Below, one piece after another: positions 21,007 to 30,822 of a stretch of DNA of 48,338 nucleotides. A model generated the notes under the pieces. It had not been told where the DNA came from, did not search any database, and saw nothing but the letters and a program-made list of their open reading frames with translations. A program made the translations under genes and the position numbers. Each line of letters begins with the position of its first letter. The stretch's first letter is position 1. The DNA is taken from positions 1 to 48,338 of the forward strand of contig JAVJQW010000005.1 of the NCBI GenBank assembly GCA_040218735.1, in the 5' to 3' direction. Source of the DNA: Deltaproteobacteria bacterium. Its GTDB lineage: Bacteria; Myxococcota; Kuafuiibacteriia; Kuafuiibacteriales; Kuafuiibacteriaceae.

Positions 21007-22839
21007 ATGAACGCGAGGCAGACTGCTCACGGGACCGCGCTCGCCATCGTGCTCCTCACCGGCGTCGCGAGCGCCCAGACCGGCCCTCGCCGGATCGTCG
21101 ACGTCACCGGTGACTTCGGCATCATCGGCAACGTCCTCGGACGCCACTGCGCCGACGTCGCCCCGCTCGTCGGCGACGTCATGGGCTGCGTGGAGCGCAA
21201 CTCGTTCCCGGACGTCAGCCCCGATCTCTACTGGCGCTCCGAGACGTCGAGCGCCGCGGCGGACGTGAGCGTGACGCCGGACCGGATGCGGAGCACCGCC
21301 GTCCTCGAGATGCCGTCGGGCGCGCGCCTCCTGCACGCGTACCTCTACTGGTGGGCGAACACCCTCGACACGGACGCCGACGTCGAGGTCACCGTCGACC
21401 GGCCCGGCGCCGCACCGTTCACAGCGACGGCGACGGCTTCGCACACGTTCGTGCAGGTCAACGACAACGCGGTCATGCCGATCTACGCGACGACGCTCCA
21501 CTACCTCGCGGTCGCCGACGTGACCGGAATCGTCGCCGCGTACGGCGACGGTCCCTACCGGATCGCGGACCTCTCGGCCCACCCGCTCGACGATGTGTTC
21601 AACCTCTCGCAGGCGGGGTGGGCGCTCGTCGTAGTGTACGCACGCGACGGCGATCCGCCGCGGCATGTCGCGCTCTACGACGGCATCGAACGCATCGTCG
21701 CGAGCGCGGTGGAGATCGAGCTCGACGGCTTGATCGTCCCGAACGCCGGCTTCGACGGGAAGCTCGCGATCGTGGGCCTCGACGGCGAGGTGAACGGCGC
21801 GCAGCTTCGGTTCGGCCAGAGCCCGCTGGGGCCGGGCGACGCGATCAGCAACGCGGTCAACCCGATCAACCGCTTCTTCAACGGCACACGATCGTACTTC
21901 GGCGTCGCGCAGAGCGTCGTCGGCGATCTCCCGCAGGCGAGCGGGATGCCCAACAGCTTCGCCGGGACGGACATCGACGTCGTCGACATCACCAGCCGAC
22001 TCTCGCCGGGACAGACCTCCGCGACGGCGGGCATCGCCGCGGGGCCCAACGACGGCATCGAGTCGTTGGTCTGGGTCGCGTCGATCACGACGTACAAACC
22101 GGATCTCGAAGACGCCGCGAAGACGGTCGTCGACGAAAACGGCGGCGTTTTCGAGGTCGGTGATGTCGTCGAGTACACCGTCACGTTCACGAACAACGGC
22201 AACGACCGCGCGCTGGACGTCACGCTGACCGACGCCCTCGAACCGGGCCTCACGTACGTCCCCGAGTCGATGACGGTCACCAGCACCGCGTTCTCGGGGC
22301 CGGCAACGGACGCCGCGGGCGACGATCCGGCCGCCTACGATGCATCGTCGCGTACGCTTTCGCTCGCGCTCGCGACCCTCGACGTCGGAGCCAGCGCGAC
22401 GCTCACCTTCCGCGCGACGCTCGACCAACCGGGACCGATCAGCAACCAGGCGACGATCGGCGCGCGCGGTGAGGGGGGTGCGCCCGAGACCACGGTGCGC
22501 TCGGACGGTGATCCCGCGACACCCGGAGATCAGCCGACGACGCTGCAGGTCGCGATGCCGCCGCCACGCGACGCCGGCGTCGACGCGGGTGTCGTGGACG
22601 CCGGACACGAGCGGGACGCCGGCGACCCCCGGGACGGCGGACCGCCTCGCGACGCCGGCGCGCCTCGCGACGCTGGCGCACCCAGGGACGCCGGCGCCGC
22701 GCCGCGCGACGGCGGCGCGCCGACGATCGAGGCGACCGACGAGGGTTGTAACTGCACCGCAGCGGCGCGTCACGATCGCGGATCCGCGTGGTGGATCCTG
22801 ATCGGGCTCGCGGTGGTCGCCCGCCGTCGGCTCAGGTGA
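21007..22839 (+). CDS. MYXO-CTERM-sorted surface protein with a DUF11/fimbrial isopeptide-like domain
   Basis: Signal peptide; K.V.D.NGG...VGDVVEYTV...N.G.D.A..V.LTD.L..GLTYVP.S; RDAG linker; C-terminus EGCNC...WWILIGLAVVARRRLR. Confidence 0.85.
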   Translation: MNARQTAHGTALAIVLLTGVASAQTGPRRIVDVTGDFGIIGNVLGRHCADVAPLVGDVMGCVERNSFPDVSPDLYWRSETSSAAADVSVTPDRMRSTAVLEMPSGARLLHAYLYWWANTLDTDADVEVTVDRPGAAPFTATATASHTFVQVNDNAVMPIYATTLHYLAVADVTGIVAAYGDGPYRIADLSAHPLDDVFNLSQAGWALVVVYARDGDPPRHVALYDGIERIVASAVEIELDGLIVPNAGFDGKLAIVGLDGEVNGAQLRFGQSPLGPGDAISNAVNPINRFFNGTRSYFGVAQSVVGDLPQASGMPNSFAGTDIDVVDITSRLSPGQTSATAGIAAGPNDGIESLVWVASITTYKPDLEDAAKTVVDENGGVFEVGDVVEYTVTFTNNGNDRALDVTLTDALEPGLTYVPESMTVTSTAFSGPATDAAGDDPAAYDASSRTLSLALATLDVGASATLTFRATLDQPGPISNQATIGARGEGGAPETTVRSDGDPATPGDQPTTLQVAMPPPRDAGVDAGVVDAGHERDAGDPRDGGPPRDAGAPRDAGAPRDAGAAPRDGGAPTIEATDEGCNCTAAARHDRGSAWWILIGLAVVARRRLR

Positions 22840-24850
22840 CCGCGCGTGGTCGCTGCACCACGAAGTGCGCGACCACCACCGCGCCCACGCCCGCCACCAC
22901 CCACAGCGTCGGCTCGCCCAGCTGGTTCACGAGCTCCGCCGGGGCCTCGCGCTCGACGAGCAAGATGATCCCGTTCGTCATCAGGTGGGCGACGATGCCG
23001 GGGAGCACCGAGCCCGTGCGGCGACGCAGCTCGCCGAGGACCAGTCCGAGGAGCGCGGTCGGGAGGAGGCGGTAGATGCTGCCGTGGAAGAGGCCGAAGA
23101 CGATCGCCTGCGCGACTACCGCGGTGCGCGGCGCGAGGGTCCCGCACATCAGGCGGTAGACGACGCCGCGGAACAACAGCTCCTCGCAGATCGCCGGGAC
23201 CACCGCGAGCGCGAGCACGAGCAGCACGGTGGGCGTCGCGCCGAGGTCGAGCGCCGCCGAGAAGGCCTCGGACGCTTCGGCCTGACCCGGCACGAGCCAC
23301 GACGTCAGCCATGCGGCGGGGAGTGAGATGCCGAGCCACGCGCCGCCTCCGACGAGCGTCGCACCGAGCAGGCCGCGCGCCGAGGGCCACCGCGTCGCGA
23401 GCATCGCGCGCGGCGGAATCGAACGGCGCATCCACGCCGCGAACGCGAGCGCCGCGCCGAAGTGGCAGACCGTCTGCGAGATCACCACGCCCGCGAGCGG
23501 CGAAACGTCCGAGGTGAACAACCCCGCGTAGTAGTCGAGGACGAACACCCCGGCCGCGAACGCGAGCGCGGTCTCCAGGCTCGCGCGCGGCGCACGGGAG
23601 AACAGCGACTTCAGATCCGCGCGCGGGCCGCCGGTCGAGAAGAGCACCCGCTCGTCCGCGAACACCCGCTCCACCAACGCGAGCAACACCCCCGTCGTCG
23701 CCACCGCGACGATCGGCACGATCAACAGCGCGCTCGCGGGCGGGCTCTCGGAGAGCGTCGCCTTCATCAACAGCGCGGCGTTCGCGAGGGGGATCGCGGC
23801 GAGCTGCGGGGTCAGCTCGAACGTCGGCATCGCGGAGAGCACCGCGGGCACCGCCGCGACGAGGAGTACCGGCGTGAGCAGGTAGGAGGCATCGCGGAAC
23901 GAGCGCGCGAAACACGCGAACAAAAGCATCACCGCGGCGAGCGGTGCGGCGATGGAGACGATCGCGACCAAGAACCCGAGCACGGTCATCGGCGCGAAGC
24001 CGAACTGGATCGGACCGATCGAAGGGTCCGCCGAGACGACGCGCAGGAACGTCAACCCCAGCACCACCACGTTGAGTAACCCCGCGAGTGTGCCGATCGT
24101 GACGACCGCGAGGTACTTGCCCCAGACGATGTGGATCGTCGGCACCGGCGCGGTGAGCAACGTCGCGAGGGTGCGTCGCTCCTTCTCCCCCGCGGTCAGA
24201 TCGACCGCCGGGTAGAAGCAGGAGATCGCGATGAACACCAACACCAGCGCGGGCAGGATGCTCGCGAGGAACTGGTTCTGGACCGCGTTGTCCGTCGCGA
24301 CCGAGTGGCGTTCGAGCTCGATCGGATCCGCCGCCGTGGGGGGGAGGTCGGCCGCCTCCATGCGCTCTACGCGGAAGCGGTGGTCCAGGCGCCGCACGGT
24401 CTTCTCGACGCGCCGCATGCTCGCGTCGCCGAACGGCTCCGTGGGGTCGTAGTAGATCTCGAGCTTCGCCGTCCCGAGCTCGTCGAAGGCACGGGCCGCG
24501 GTCGCGCTCATCGCGAGGCTCACGTCCGCGCCGTCCGCGATCGCGGCGCGCGCCTGCCGGGGGCGGTCCTCGACGTGGCTCCGCGTCGCGCTCGCGGTGC
24601 TGAGTCGCACCGTCAGCTCCGGCTCGGCGCCCAGCCCCATGATCAGCGCGGGCGGCAGCGGCGTGACGATGTCGACGGTGACCGTGCGTTCGCGCTGCGC
24701 GCGGCGCTCCACGGCGATCGTCTCGGAGGTCACGAGCAGCGCGACGGGGTACGCGACCATCGGCACCAGCAGCATCGCGGCGAGCGTGCGCCGGTCGCGG
24801 AGCGTGTCGAGCAGCTCCTTCTTGTAGATGATCCACGCCGCCGATCTCAC
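22832..24850 (-). CDS. ABC-2 permease (NatB-like) fused to a CPBP/CAAX-protease-family domain
   Basis: KELLDTLRDRRTL, DLTAGEKERRTL.TLL..P, WGKY; CPBP motifs EELLFRG, FGLFH, H...N. Confidence 0.88.
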   Translation of the reverse strand: MRSAAWIIYKKELLDTLRDRRTLAAMLLVPMVAYPVALLVTSETIAVERRAQRERTVTVDIVTPLPPALIMGLGAEPELTVRLSTASATRSHVEDRPRQARAAIADGADVSLAMSATAARAFDELGTAKLEIYYDPTEPFGDASMRRVEKTVRRLDHRFRVERMEAADLPPTAADPIELERHSVATDNAVQNQFLASILPALVLVFIAISCFYPAVDLTAGEKERRTLATLLTAPVPTIHIVWGKYLAVVTIGTLAGLLNVVVLGLTFLRVVSADPSIGPIQFGFAPMTVLGFLVAIVSIAAPLAAVMLLFACFARSFRDASYLLTPVLLVAAVPAVLSAMPTFELTPQLAAIPLANAALLMKATLSESPPASALLIVPIVAVATTGVLLALVERVFADERVLFSTGGPRADLKSLFSRAPRASLETALAFAAGVFVLDYYAGLFTSDVSPLAGVVISQTVCHFGAALAFAAWMRRSIPPRAMLATRWPSARGLLGATLVGGGAWLGISLPAAWLTSWLVPGQAEASEAFSAALDLGATPTVLLVLALAVVPAICEELLFRGVVYRLMCGTLAPRTAVVAQAIVFGLFHGSIYRLLPTALLGLVLGELRRRTGSVLPGIVAHLMTNGIILLVEREAPAELVNQLGEPTLWVVAGVGAVVVAHFVVQRPRAVT

Positions 24851-25590
24851 GCCGCGGACTCCTCGTGCAGCGCCAGGATCAGCTCGGTGAGGTTCGGCTG
24901 GCCGTGTTCGGCGAGGAGCGCGTCGTGTGTGCCCTCCGCGCGGATGCGGCCGCGCACCAACAGGCCGATGCGATCACACAGCTCGGCGGCTTCGTTCATC
25001 AGGTGCGTCGACAGGAGCACCGCTTTGCCCTCCGCGCGCGCCTCCCGGATCGCCTCGTGGACGAAGCGCCCGGAGACGACGTCGAGCGTCGCGGTGGGTT
25101 CGTCGAGGACCAGCACCGAAGGGTCCGTCATGAACGCACGCGCGAGGTTGGCGCGCTGCGACTGACCGCTGGAGAGCGCGCCGGTCTTCTGATCGATGAA
25201 CTCCGACAGGCCGAAGCGGCGCTCCACGATCTCTACCCGCAAACGCACCGCGTCGTCGTCGAGGCCGGCGAGCCGCGCGAAGTACTGGAGCACCTCACGG
25301 ACGGTGAGGCGCGCGTACAGGCGCGTGTCGCCGGTCGAAAAACCGAGCACGCGCTTCGCGGCGAGGGTGTCGGTGACGACGTCGTGGCCGAGGATGCTCG
25401 CGCTGCCGGCGTCGGGGATGAGCACGCCGGCGAGCATCCTGAGGACGGTGGTCTTGCCCGCGCCGTTGGGGCCGAGCAACCCGTAGACCTCGCCGCGGCG
25501 GACGGCGAACGAGACCCCGTCGACGGCGAGCACGTCGTCGTAGCGACGGCGAAGGCCGTCGGCGACGACCGCGACTTCCTCCTCCGCCAC
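24847..25590 (-). CDS. ABC transporter ATP-binding subunit (NatA-like)
   Basis: GPNGAGKTT, LSSGQ, LDEPT, STH. Confidence 0.92.
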   Translation of the reverse strand: MAEEEVAVVADGLRRRYDDVLAVDGVSFAVRRGEVYGLLGPNGAGKTTVLRMLAGVLIPDAGSASILGHDVVTDTLAAKRVLGFSTGDTRLYARLTVREVLQYFARLAGLDDDAVRLRVEIVERRFGLSEFIDQKTGALSSGQSQRANLARAFMTDPSVLVLDEPTATLDVVSGRFVHEAIREARAEGKAVLLSTHLMNEAAELCDRIGLLVRGRIRAEGTHDALLAEHGQPNLTELILALHEESAA

Positions 25591-25643
25591 GTCCGCGGCG
25601 GACGGTAGCGCTTTTGGTGTGACCTCGATACCTTCCCGCCCGC

Positions 25644-27473
25644 ATGGGTGAAACGATCGTCCGGATCTTCGAGGAGACGGCGCGGGCGCGCCCCACGGAG
25701 GTCGCGGCGCGTTACCGGGACTTCGATCGAGCGTGGGACTCGATCACCTGGCAGGACTTCTCGAACCGACGCCTCGCCGTCGCGGCTGGCCTGCTGGAGC
25801 TGGGGGTGGCGGCCGACGACCGCGTGAACATCCTCGCGAACACGTCGATGGCGTGGATGATCGCGGACCTCGCGATTCAGTCCGCGGGGGCGCAGACCGT
25901 CCCGATCTACCAGTCGAACCTCGCCAGCGAGGTCGAGTACATCGTGAACGACTGCGGCGCCGTCGTGGTGTTCGCGGAGGACGCCTCGCAGCTCGAAAAA
26001 CTCATAGCGCACAAAGACGAGCTGCCGAACGTCCGCAAGGTGGTGGTGATGAACGGCGAGGTCGACGACTCCGGCCCGTCGAACGCGTCGGACTGGACGA
26101 TGGACTTCGCGGCGCTCGAGCAGCTCGGCAAGGACAAACTCGACGACCACCGCGACACACTCCGCGAGCGCATCGCGGCGGTCGCGGCCGACGACGTCCT
26201 CACGATCATCTACACGTCGGGCACGACCGGGAAGCCGAAGGGCGTCGTCCTCACACACGGGTGCATGGCGTACGAGATCGAGGCGAACCGAAAGGTGGGC
26301 ATCACCGCCCCCGAGGATCTCGTCTACCTGTTCCTCCCGATGGCGCACGTGTTCGCGAAGGTGCTGCAGTCCACGTGGCTGGGCCTCGGTTACGAAGCGC
26401 TGATCGACGCCGACATCACGCGCATCAGCGCGAACCTCACCGAGCAGAAGCCGACGCTCGTCGCGTCCGTGCCGCGCATCTTCGAGAAGGTCTACGCGAA
26501 GGTCGTCGGCAACGGGCTCGAAGCGCCGGGCATGAAGGGCAAGCTCTTCAAGTGGGCGGTCGACGTGAACGATCGTTACGCGACCAAGTGCATCGCGAAG
26601 GAGCCGGTCCCGTTCGGTTTGCAGATGCAGCTCGACCTCGCGAAGAAGCTGGTGTTCTCGAAGGTCGAGGAGCGCCTCTCGGAGCTCTTCGGCGGGCGCC
26701 TGAAGTTCTTCGTCTCGGGCGGCGCGCCGCTCCCGAAGAAGATGGCGTACTTCTTCGACAACGCGGGCGTGAAGATCCTCGAAGGGTACGGGCTCACCGA
26801 GACCTCCGGCGGCACGTGTGTGAACCGCCCCGAGAAGTACAAGCTCGGGACGGTCGGCCCGCCGCTGCCCGGCACCGAGGTCCGCATCGCGGCCGACGGC
26901 GAGGTCCTGATCCGCGGCCCCGGCGTGATGCGCGAATACTACGGGCGGCCGGACGCGACGAAGGAGGTCCTCTCCGCGGACGGGTGGTTCGCGACGGGGG
27001 ACATCGGCGTGGTCGACGAAGACGGCTACCTGACGATCACCGACCGCAAGAAGGACATCATCGTCACCGCGGGCGGCAAGAACGTCGCCCCGCAGAACAT
27101 CGAGAACCAGCTCAAGGCGGCGAACCCCCTCATCTCGCAGGTCATGGTGTACGGGGACAAACGCAAGTACCTCTCCGCGCTGATCACCCTGGAGCGCGAG
27201 GGGGCGTTGAAGCTCGGGGCCGATCAGGGCGTCGAAGGCGGGTACGAGGCCGTCGCGTCGTCCGATGCGGCGCGGCGCGCGGTACAGGAGACTGTCGACG
27301 CCGTGAACGCGCAGCTTGCCCGGTACGAGACCATCAAGAAGTTTGCGATCCTCGAGCGGGACTTCGAGGTCGGCAAGGAGCTCACGCCGACGCTCAAGGT
27401 GAAGCGCAAACACTGTACGGAGCAGTACGGCGCGATCCTCAATCGGTTCTACGACGAGGCGGTGGTCGAGTGA
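25644..27473 (+). CDS. long-chain fatty acid--CoA ligase (AMP-dependent synthetase)
   Basis: IIYTSGTTGKPKG, EGYGLTE, TGDIG, DRKKDII, ELTPTLKVKR. Confidence 0.93.
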   Translation: MGETIVRIFEETARARPTEVAARYRDFDRAWDSITWQDFSNRRLAVAAGLLELGVAADDRVNILANTSMAWMIADLAIQSAGAQTVPIYQSNLASEVEYIVNDCGAVVVFAEDASQLEKLIAHKDELPNVRKVVVMNGEVDDSGPSNASDWTMDFAALEQLGKDKLDDHRDTLRERIAAVAADDVLTIIYTSGTTGKPKGVVLTHGCMAYEIEANRKVGITAPEDLVYLFLPMAHVFAKVLQSTWLGLGYEALIDADITRISANLTEQKPTLVASVPRIFEKVYAKVVGNGLEAPGMKGKLFKWAVDVNDRYATKCIAKEPVPFGLQMQLDLAKKLVFSKVEERLSELFGGRLKFFVSGGAPLPKKMAYFFDNAGVKILEGYGLTETSGGTCVNRPEKYKLGTVGPPLPGTEVRIAADGEVLIRGPGVMREYYGRPDATKEVLSADGWFATGDIGVVDEDGYLTITDRKKDIIVTAGGKNVAPQNIENQLKAANPLISQVMVYGDKRKYLSALITLEREGALKLGADQGVEGGYEAVASSDAARRAVQETVDAVNAQLARYETIKKFAILERDFEVGKELTPTLKVKRKHCTEQYGAILNRFYDEAVVE

Positions 27474-28678
27474 TGCAGATGCGATGGATGACGCTGGCGG
27501 CGATGACGCTGTCGGCGATGAGCGCGCCCGCGTGGGCGGGGCCGTACGCGGACTCCCCGGCGGCGAAGATCGCCAAGAAGAAGGGCCGCACCGTCGTGCG
27601 CGAGGTCGCGCTCGACATGAACGGCGACGGCAAGGAGGAGATCGCGGTCGTCGAGAAGCAGGGCGACAACCTCCGCCTGGTGCTCTTGCGCGCGACCGGC
27701 GCACCCGACGACGAAGACGGCGGGTTCGCGACGATCCTGGAGCTGAAGCCGCAGCGCGCGCGGCGCGTGATTCGGCTGGAGCCGATGCGCCTCGTAGGGC
27801 GCACGTCGCCGGAGCTGGTGGCGGTGATCGAGGAGCCCTCGCCGGACGACTCGGCGCTGACGGTGATCGTCGTCGGCGCGGACGGTGGACCGCACCGCGA
27901 GATGTTCCGGCAGACGTTCTTCATCCCGAAGAACCCGCCCAAGGAGGACAACGTCGTCGCGTTCGGCGACGCGACGCCGCACTACGTGGTCGAGGATCTC
28001 GACGGCAAGGGCGACGGCGACAAGGAGATCGTCTGGACCCGCGAGGGCCAGAAGCTGAGGCTCACGGACGGGGCGGGCGAGCCGGTCACGTTCGTCATCG
28101 GCGCGTACCGAACGATCTACCGCTACGACGAGAACAAGGGCGTGTACCGGGTCGCCGAGGATCGCGAGGTCGTCGACTTCCTCCCGCCGAAGACGCCGTA
28201 CGAGGTGAAGGCTTCGGCGCAGGTCAAAGAGATCTGGGGGACGGCGCAGGCCTTCTGGGGCACTGACGGCGATCTGTCCACGGCGTGGGGCGTGGATCGG
28301 AAGGGCGCGGTGGGGCAGTCCCTCACCGTGAAGCTCGAGCGCCGCGAGGACGTGAACCTGATCCGCGTGGTGCCGGGCTGTGCAGCGGATGCGGAGGCGT
28401 GGGAGACCCACGATCGCGTCCGGAAGATGAAGTTCGAGCTGGGCTCGGGGGTGCGCTTCGAGATCGACACGGATCGCCTGACCGAGGTCCCGGACGCCGT
28501 GCGCGCCGTGCAGGAATTCCCTCTGGCGGGGGGCTTCGGGACGCAGGTGCTGATCTTTTTGAAGCGCACGCAGGCGCTGCCGTGGGCGAAGGTCGAGATT
28601 CAGAAGCTCGAGCGGAGCCGCGCGCGGCGCAAGGACCAGAAGAAGGTCGCCTGCATCGCCGAGATCAGCTTTCACTGA
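27473..28678 (+). CDS. secreted protein with FG-GAP/Ca-binding-like DxxGDG loops and a C-terminal discoidin/glycan-binding-like domain
   Basis: ATG overlaps the ligase stop (TGATG); signal peptide ending PAWA; DMNGDGKEEI, DLDGKGDGDKEI; DGDLSTAW...GQSLTV...CIAEISF. Confidence 0.72.
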   Translation: MQMRWMTLAAMTLSAMSAPAWAGPYADSPAAKIAKKKGRTVVREVALDMNGDGKEEIAVVEKQGDNLRLVLLRATGAPDDEDGGFATILELKPQRARRVIRLEPMRLVGRTSPELVAVIEEPSPDDSALTVIVVGADGGPHREMFRQTFFIPKNPPKEDNVVAFGDATPHYVVEDLDGKGDGDKEIVWTREGQKLRLTDGAGEPVTFVIGAYRTIYRYDENKGVYRVAEDREVVDFLPPKTPYEVKASAQVKEIWGTAQAFWGTDGDLSTAWGVDRKGAVGQSLTVKLERREDVNLIRVVPGCAADAEAWETHDRVRKMKFELGSGVRFEIDTDRLTEVPDAVRAVQEFPLAGGFGTQVLIFLKRTQALPWAKVEIQKLERSRARRKDQKKVACIAEISFH

Positions 28679-28736
28679 AGCGCGCCCTGCATTCACGCTT
28701 GATATCGCGTTCGATTCGTCATGGAATCCCGGCGCG

Positions 28737-29705
28737 ATGCGCATCGTCCCCGTGCTCTTCCCGTGCGACCTCGGTCGTAGCGTCGCCGGCCAATACGAGG
28801 TCGGTGGGGAGCACGGCGCACCGGATCTGGTGCTCGACATGCTGGAGGGCGAGGGCATCCGCCTCGCGCGGCCGATCACGGTCCCGGTGGAGGCCCCGGC
28901 CGAGCCGGACCCCGCCGACGCGCCTCTGAAGTTCGACGCCCAGGTGACGAAGGCCGTGCTCTCGCTCGCCGAGGTCGTCGAGAACGTCAACGCCGACGCC
29001 AACTTCCCGCTGATCCTGGGAGCCGACCAGACCGCGCTCCTCGGTCACGTGCTGGGGCAGTCGCGGCGTCACCGCGAGGGGATCGGCCTGGCCGTCCTCG
29101 CCGACGCCTACACCGACCTGGCGACCCCAGCGCCCCCCGTGGGGACCGAGATCGGCCCCGACGAACGGAAGCGCCTGCGTACCGATCCCGAGGTCACCAA
29201 GAGCGGCAACGTCCACCGGATGGTGATGTCCGCCTGCCTGAAGATGCTGCCGACCGACACCCAGCTCGGCGCGGCGATGCAGGACAGCGCGGTGACGAAG
29301 ACCCAGACCTCGACCGTCGGCGTTCGCGCGCCGGAGTGGGCGCAGATCCGCGCCAACGAGAAGAAGGCGGGTATCGAAGTGTGGCGCATGGAGCGCCTGG
29401 AGTTCGACGGCGAGTCCGCGTACCGCTCGATGCTCACCCGCCACCTGTCCGCCGGACCGATCGTCCTGTCGCTGGACGCCACCGGCCTCGATCCGCACAT
29501 GATGACGGCGGTGCGTCGGCCCATCCCGGACGGGCTCGACTGGAGCTTCCTGAAGCGGACGTTCGAGCAGTGCCTGCCGCACGTGGATCGGATCTTGGGG
29601 CTCGACATCTCGGAGCTCGACCCCACGCAGGACGACGCGCACCAGGGCGGGCTCACGCGTTTCGCGGAGACCGTTGCGCCGTTCCTGAAGCGCCTCGGGC
29701 GCTAA
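28737..29705 (+). CDS. arginase/ureohydrolase-fold protein with degenerate metal-binding motifs
   Basis: P.DLG, PLILGADQT (canonical GGDHS), DAYTD (DAHxD), GNVHRM, VGVR, SLDATGLDP (SxDxDxxDP), DISELDP. Confidence 0.8.
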   Translation: MRIVPVLFPCDLGRSVAGQYEVGGEHGAPDLVLDMLEGEGIRLARPITVPVEAPAEPDPADAPLKFDAQVTKAVLSLAEVVENVNADANFPLILGADQTALLGHVLGQSRRHREGIGLAVLADAYTDLATPAPPVGTEIGPDERKRLRTDPEVTKSGNVHRMVMSACLKMLPTDTQLGAAMQDSAVTKTQTSTVGVRAPEWAQIRANEKKAGIEVWRMERLEFDGESAYRSMLTRHLSAGPIVLSLDATGLDPHMMTAVRRPIPDGLDWSFLKRTFEQCLPHVDRILGLDISELDPTQDDAHQGGLTRFAETVAPFLKRLGR

Positions 29706-29711
29706 GCCAAC

Positions 29712-29740
29712 TTGACCTGAGGTGCGCCGGACGTTGTTCT
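29712..29740 (+). promoter_or_regulatory. putative sigma70-type promoter for pheST
   Basis: TTGACC-N17-TGTTCT, ending 10 bp before the pheS ATG. Confidence 0.4.
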
Positions 29741-29750
29741 CCGTCGCCTC

Positions 29751-30812
29751 ATGACCGAGGCCACGGCACCGACCCCTGAAGTCCTGGAAGCCGTCCAGCG
29801 CGACTTCTCCGGACAGCTCGCGGACGCCGGACGCGACGTCGACGCGCTGCAGAAGCTGAGGTCGACGTTCTTTGGCCCGAAGGGGCGGCTGACGCTGCTC
29901 TTGAAGTCGGTCGGCAAGCTCCCGCCGGAGGCGCGCCGCGACGCGGGGCGCATGACGAACGAGGTGAAGCGCTCGCTGGAAGGGGCGCTCGTGGAGGTCC
30001 TCGACGCGACCGCCGCCGAGGCCCGCGAGCAGGAGCTTCGGCGCGGGCGGCTCGACATGTCACTCCCCGGGCGTCGCGCACGTCCGAAGGGCTCGCTGCA
30101 CGCGGTCACGCAGATCAACCACGAGATGGTCGACATCTTCGCGCGCATGGGCTTCGAGGTCGCCGGCGGGCCGGAGGTCGAGACCGACTGGCACAACTTC
30201 GGCGCGCTCAACTTCCCGGACGATCACCCCGCGCGCGACATGCAGGACACGTTCTTCGTGCGGCCCCCGGACGACCGGCCGCCGGGATCACTCGTGCTGC
30301 GCACGCACACTTCGCCGGTGCAGATCCGGTCGATGCTCGCGCAGGGGGCGCCGATTCGTGTGGTGGCGCCGGGGCGCGTCTACCGCTGCGACTCGGACCC
30401 GACGCACTCGCCGATGTTCCACCAGATCGAAGGGCTGTGGGTCGACGAGGGCGTGTCGATGGCGCACCTGCGCGGCGTGCTGACGGGGTTCATCAATGCA
30501 CTGTTCGGCGAGCGCGGCGTGCGCCTGCGGCCGTCGTTCTTCCCGTTCGTCGAGCCGGGCGTCGAGGTCGACCTCGAGTGTGTCTTCTGCGACGGCGCGG
30601 GCTGCAACGTTTGTAAGCAGACCGGGTGGATGGAGATCCTCGGCGCGGGGATGGTGCACCCGAATGTGCTGCGGGCCTGCAACATCGACGCGGAGAAATA
30701 CACCGGGTTCGCGTTTGGGCTCGGCATCGATCGCGTCGCGATGCTCCGCTGGGCCGTCGACGACCTCGCGCACATGTTCCGAAGCGACGTCCGCTTCCTC
30801 GAGCAGATCTGA
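29751..30812 (+). CDS. pheS: phenylalanine--tRNA ligase alpha subunit
   Basis: HPARDMQDTF, LRTHTSPVQIR, THSPMFHQIEG, RPSFFPFVEP, GFAFGLGIDR. Confidence 0.98.
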   Translation: MTEATAPTPEVLEAVQRDFSGQLADAGRDVDALQKLRSTFFGPKGRLTLLLKSVGKLPPEARRDAGRMTNEVKRSLEGALVEVLDATAAEAREQELRRGRLDMSLPGRRARPKGSLHAVTQINHEMVDIFARMGFEVAGGPEVETDWHNFGALNFPDDHPARDMQDTFFVRPPDDRPPGSLVLRTHTSPVQIRSMLAQGAPIRVVAPGRVYRCDSDPTHSPMFHQIEGLWVDEGVSMAHLRGVLTGFINALFGERGVRLRPSFFPFVEPGVEVDLECVFCDGAGCNVCKQTGWMEILGAGMVHPNVLRACNIDAEKYTGFAFGLGIDRVAMLRWAVDDLAHMFRSDVRFLEQI

Positions 30813-30822
30813 GGCCACCGCC

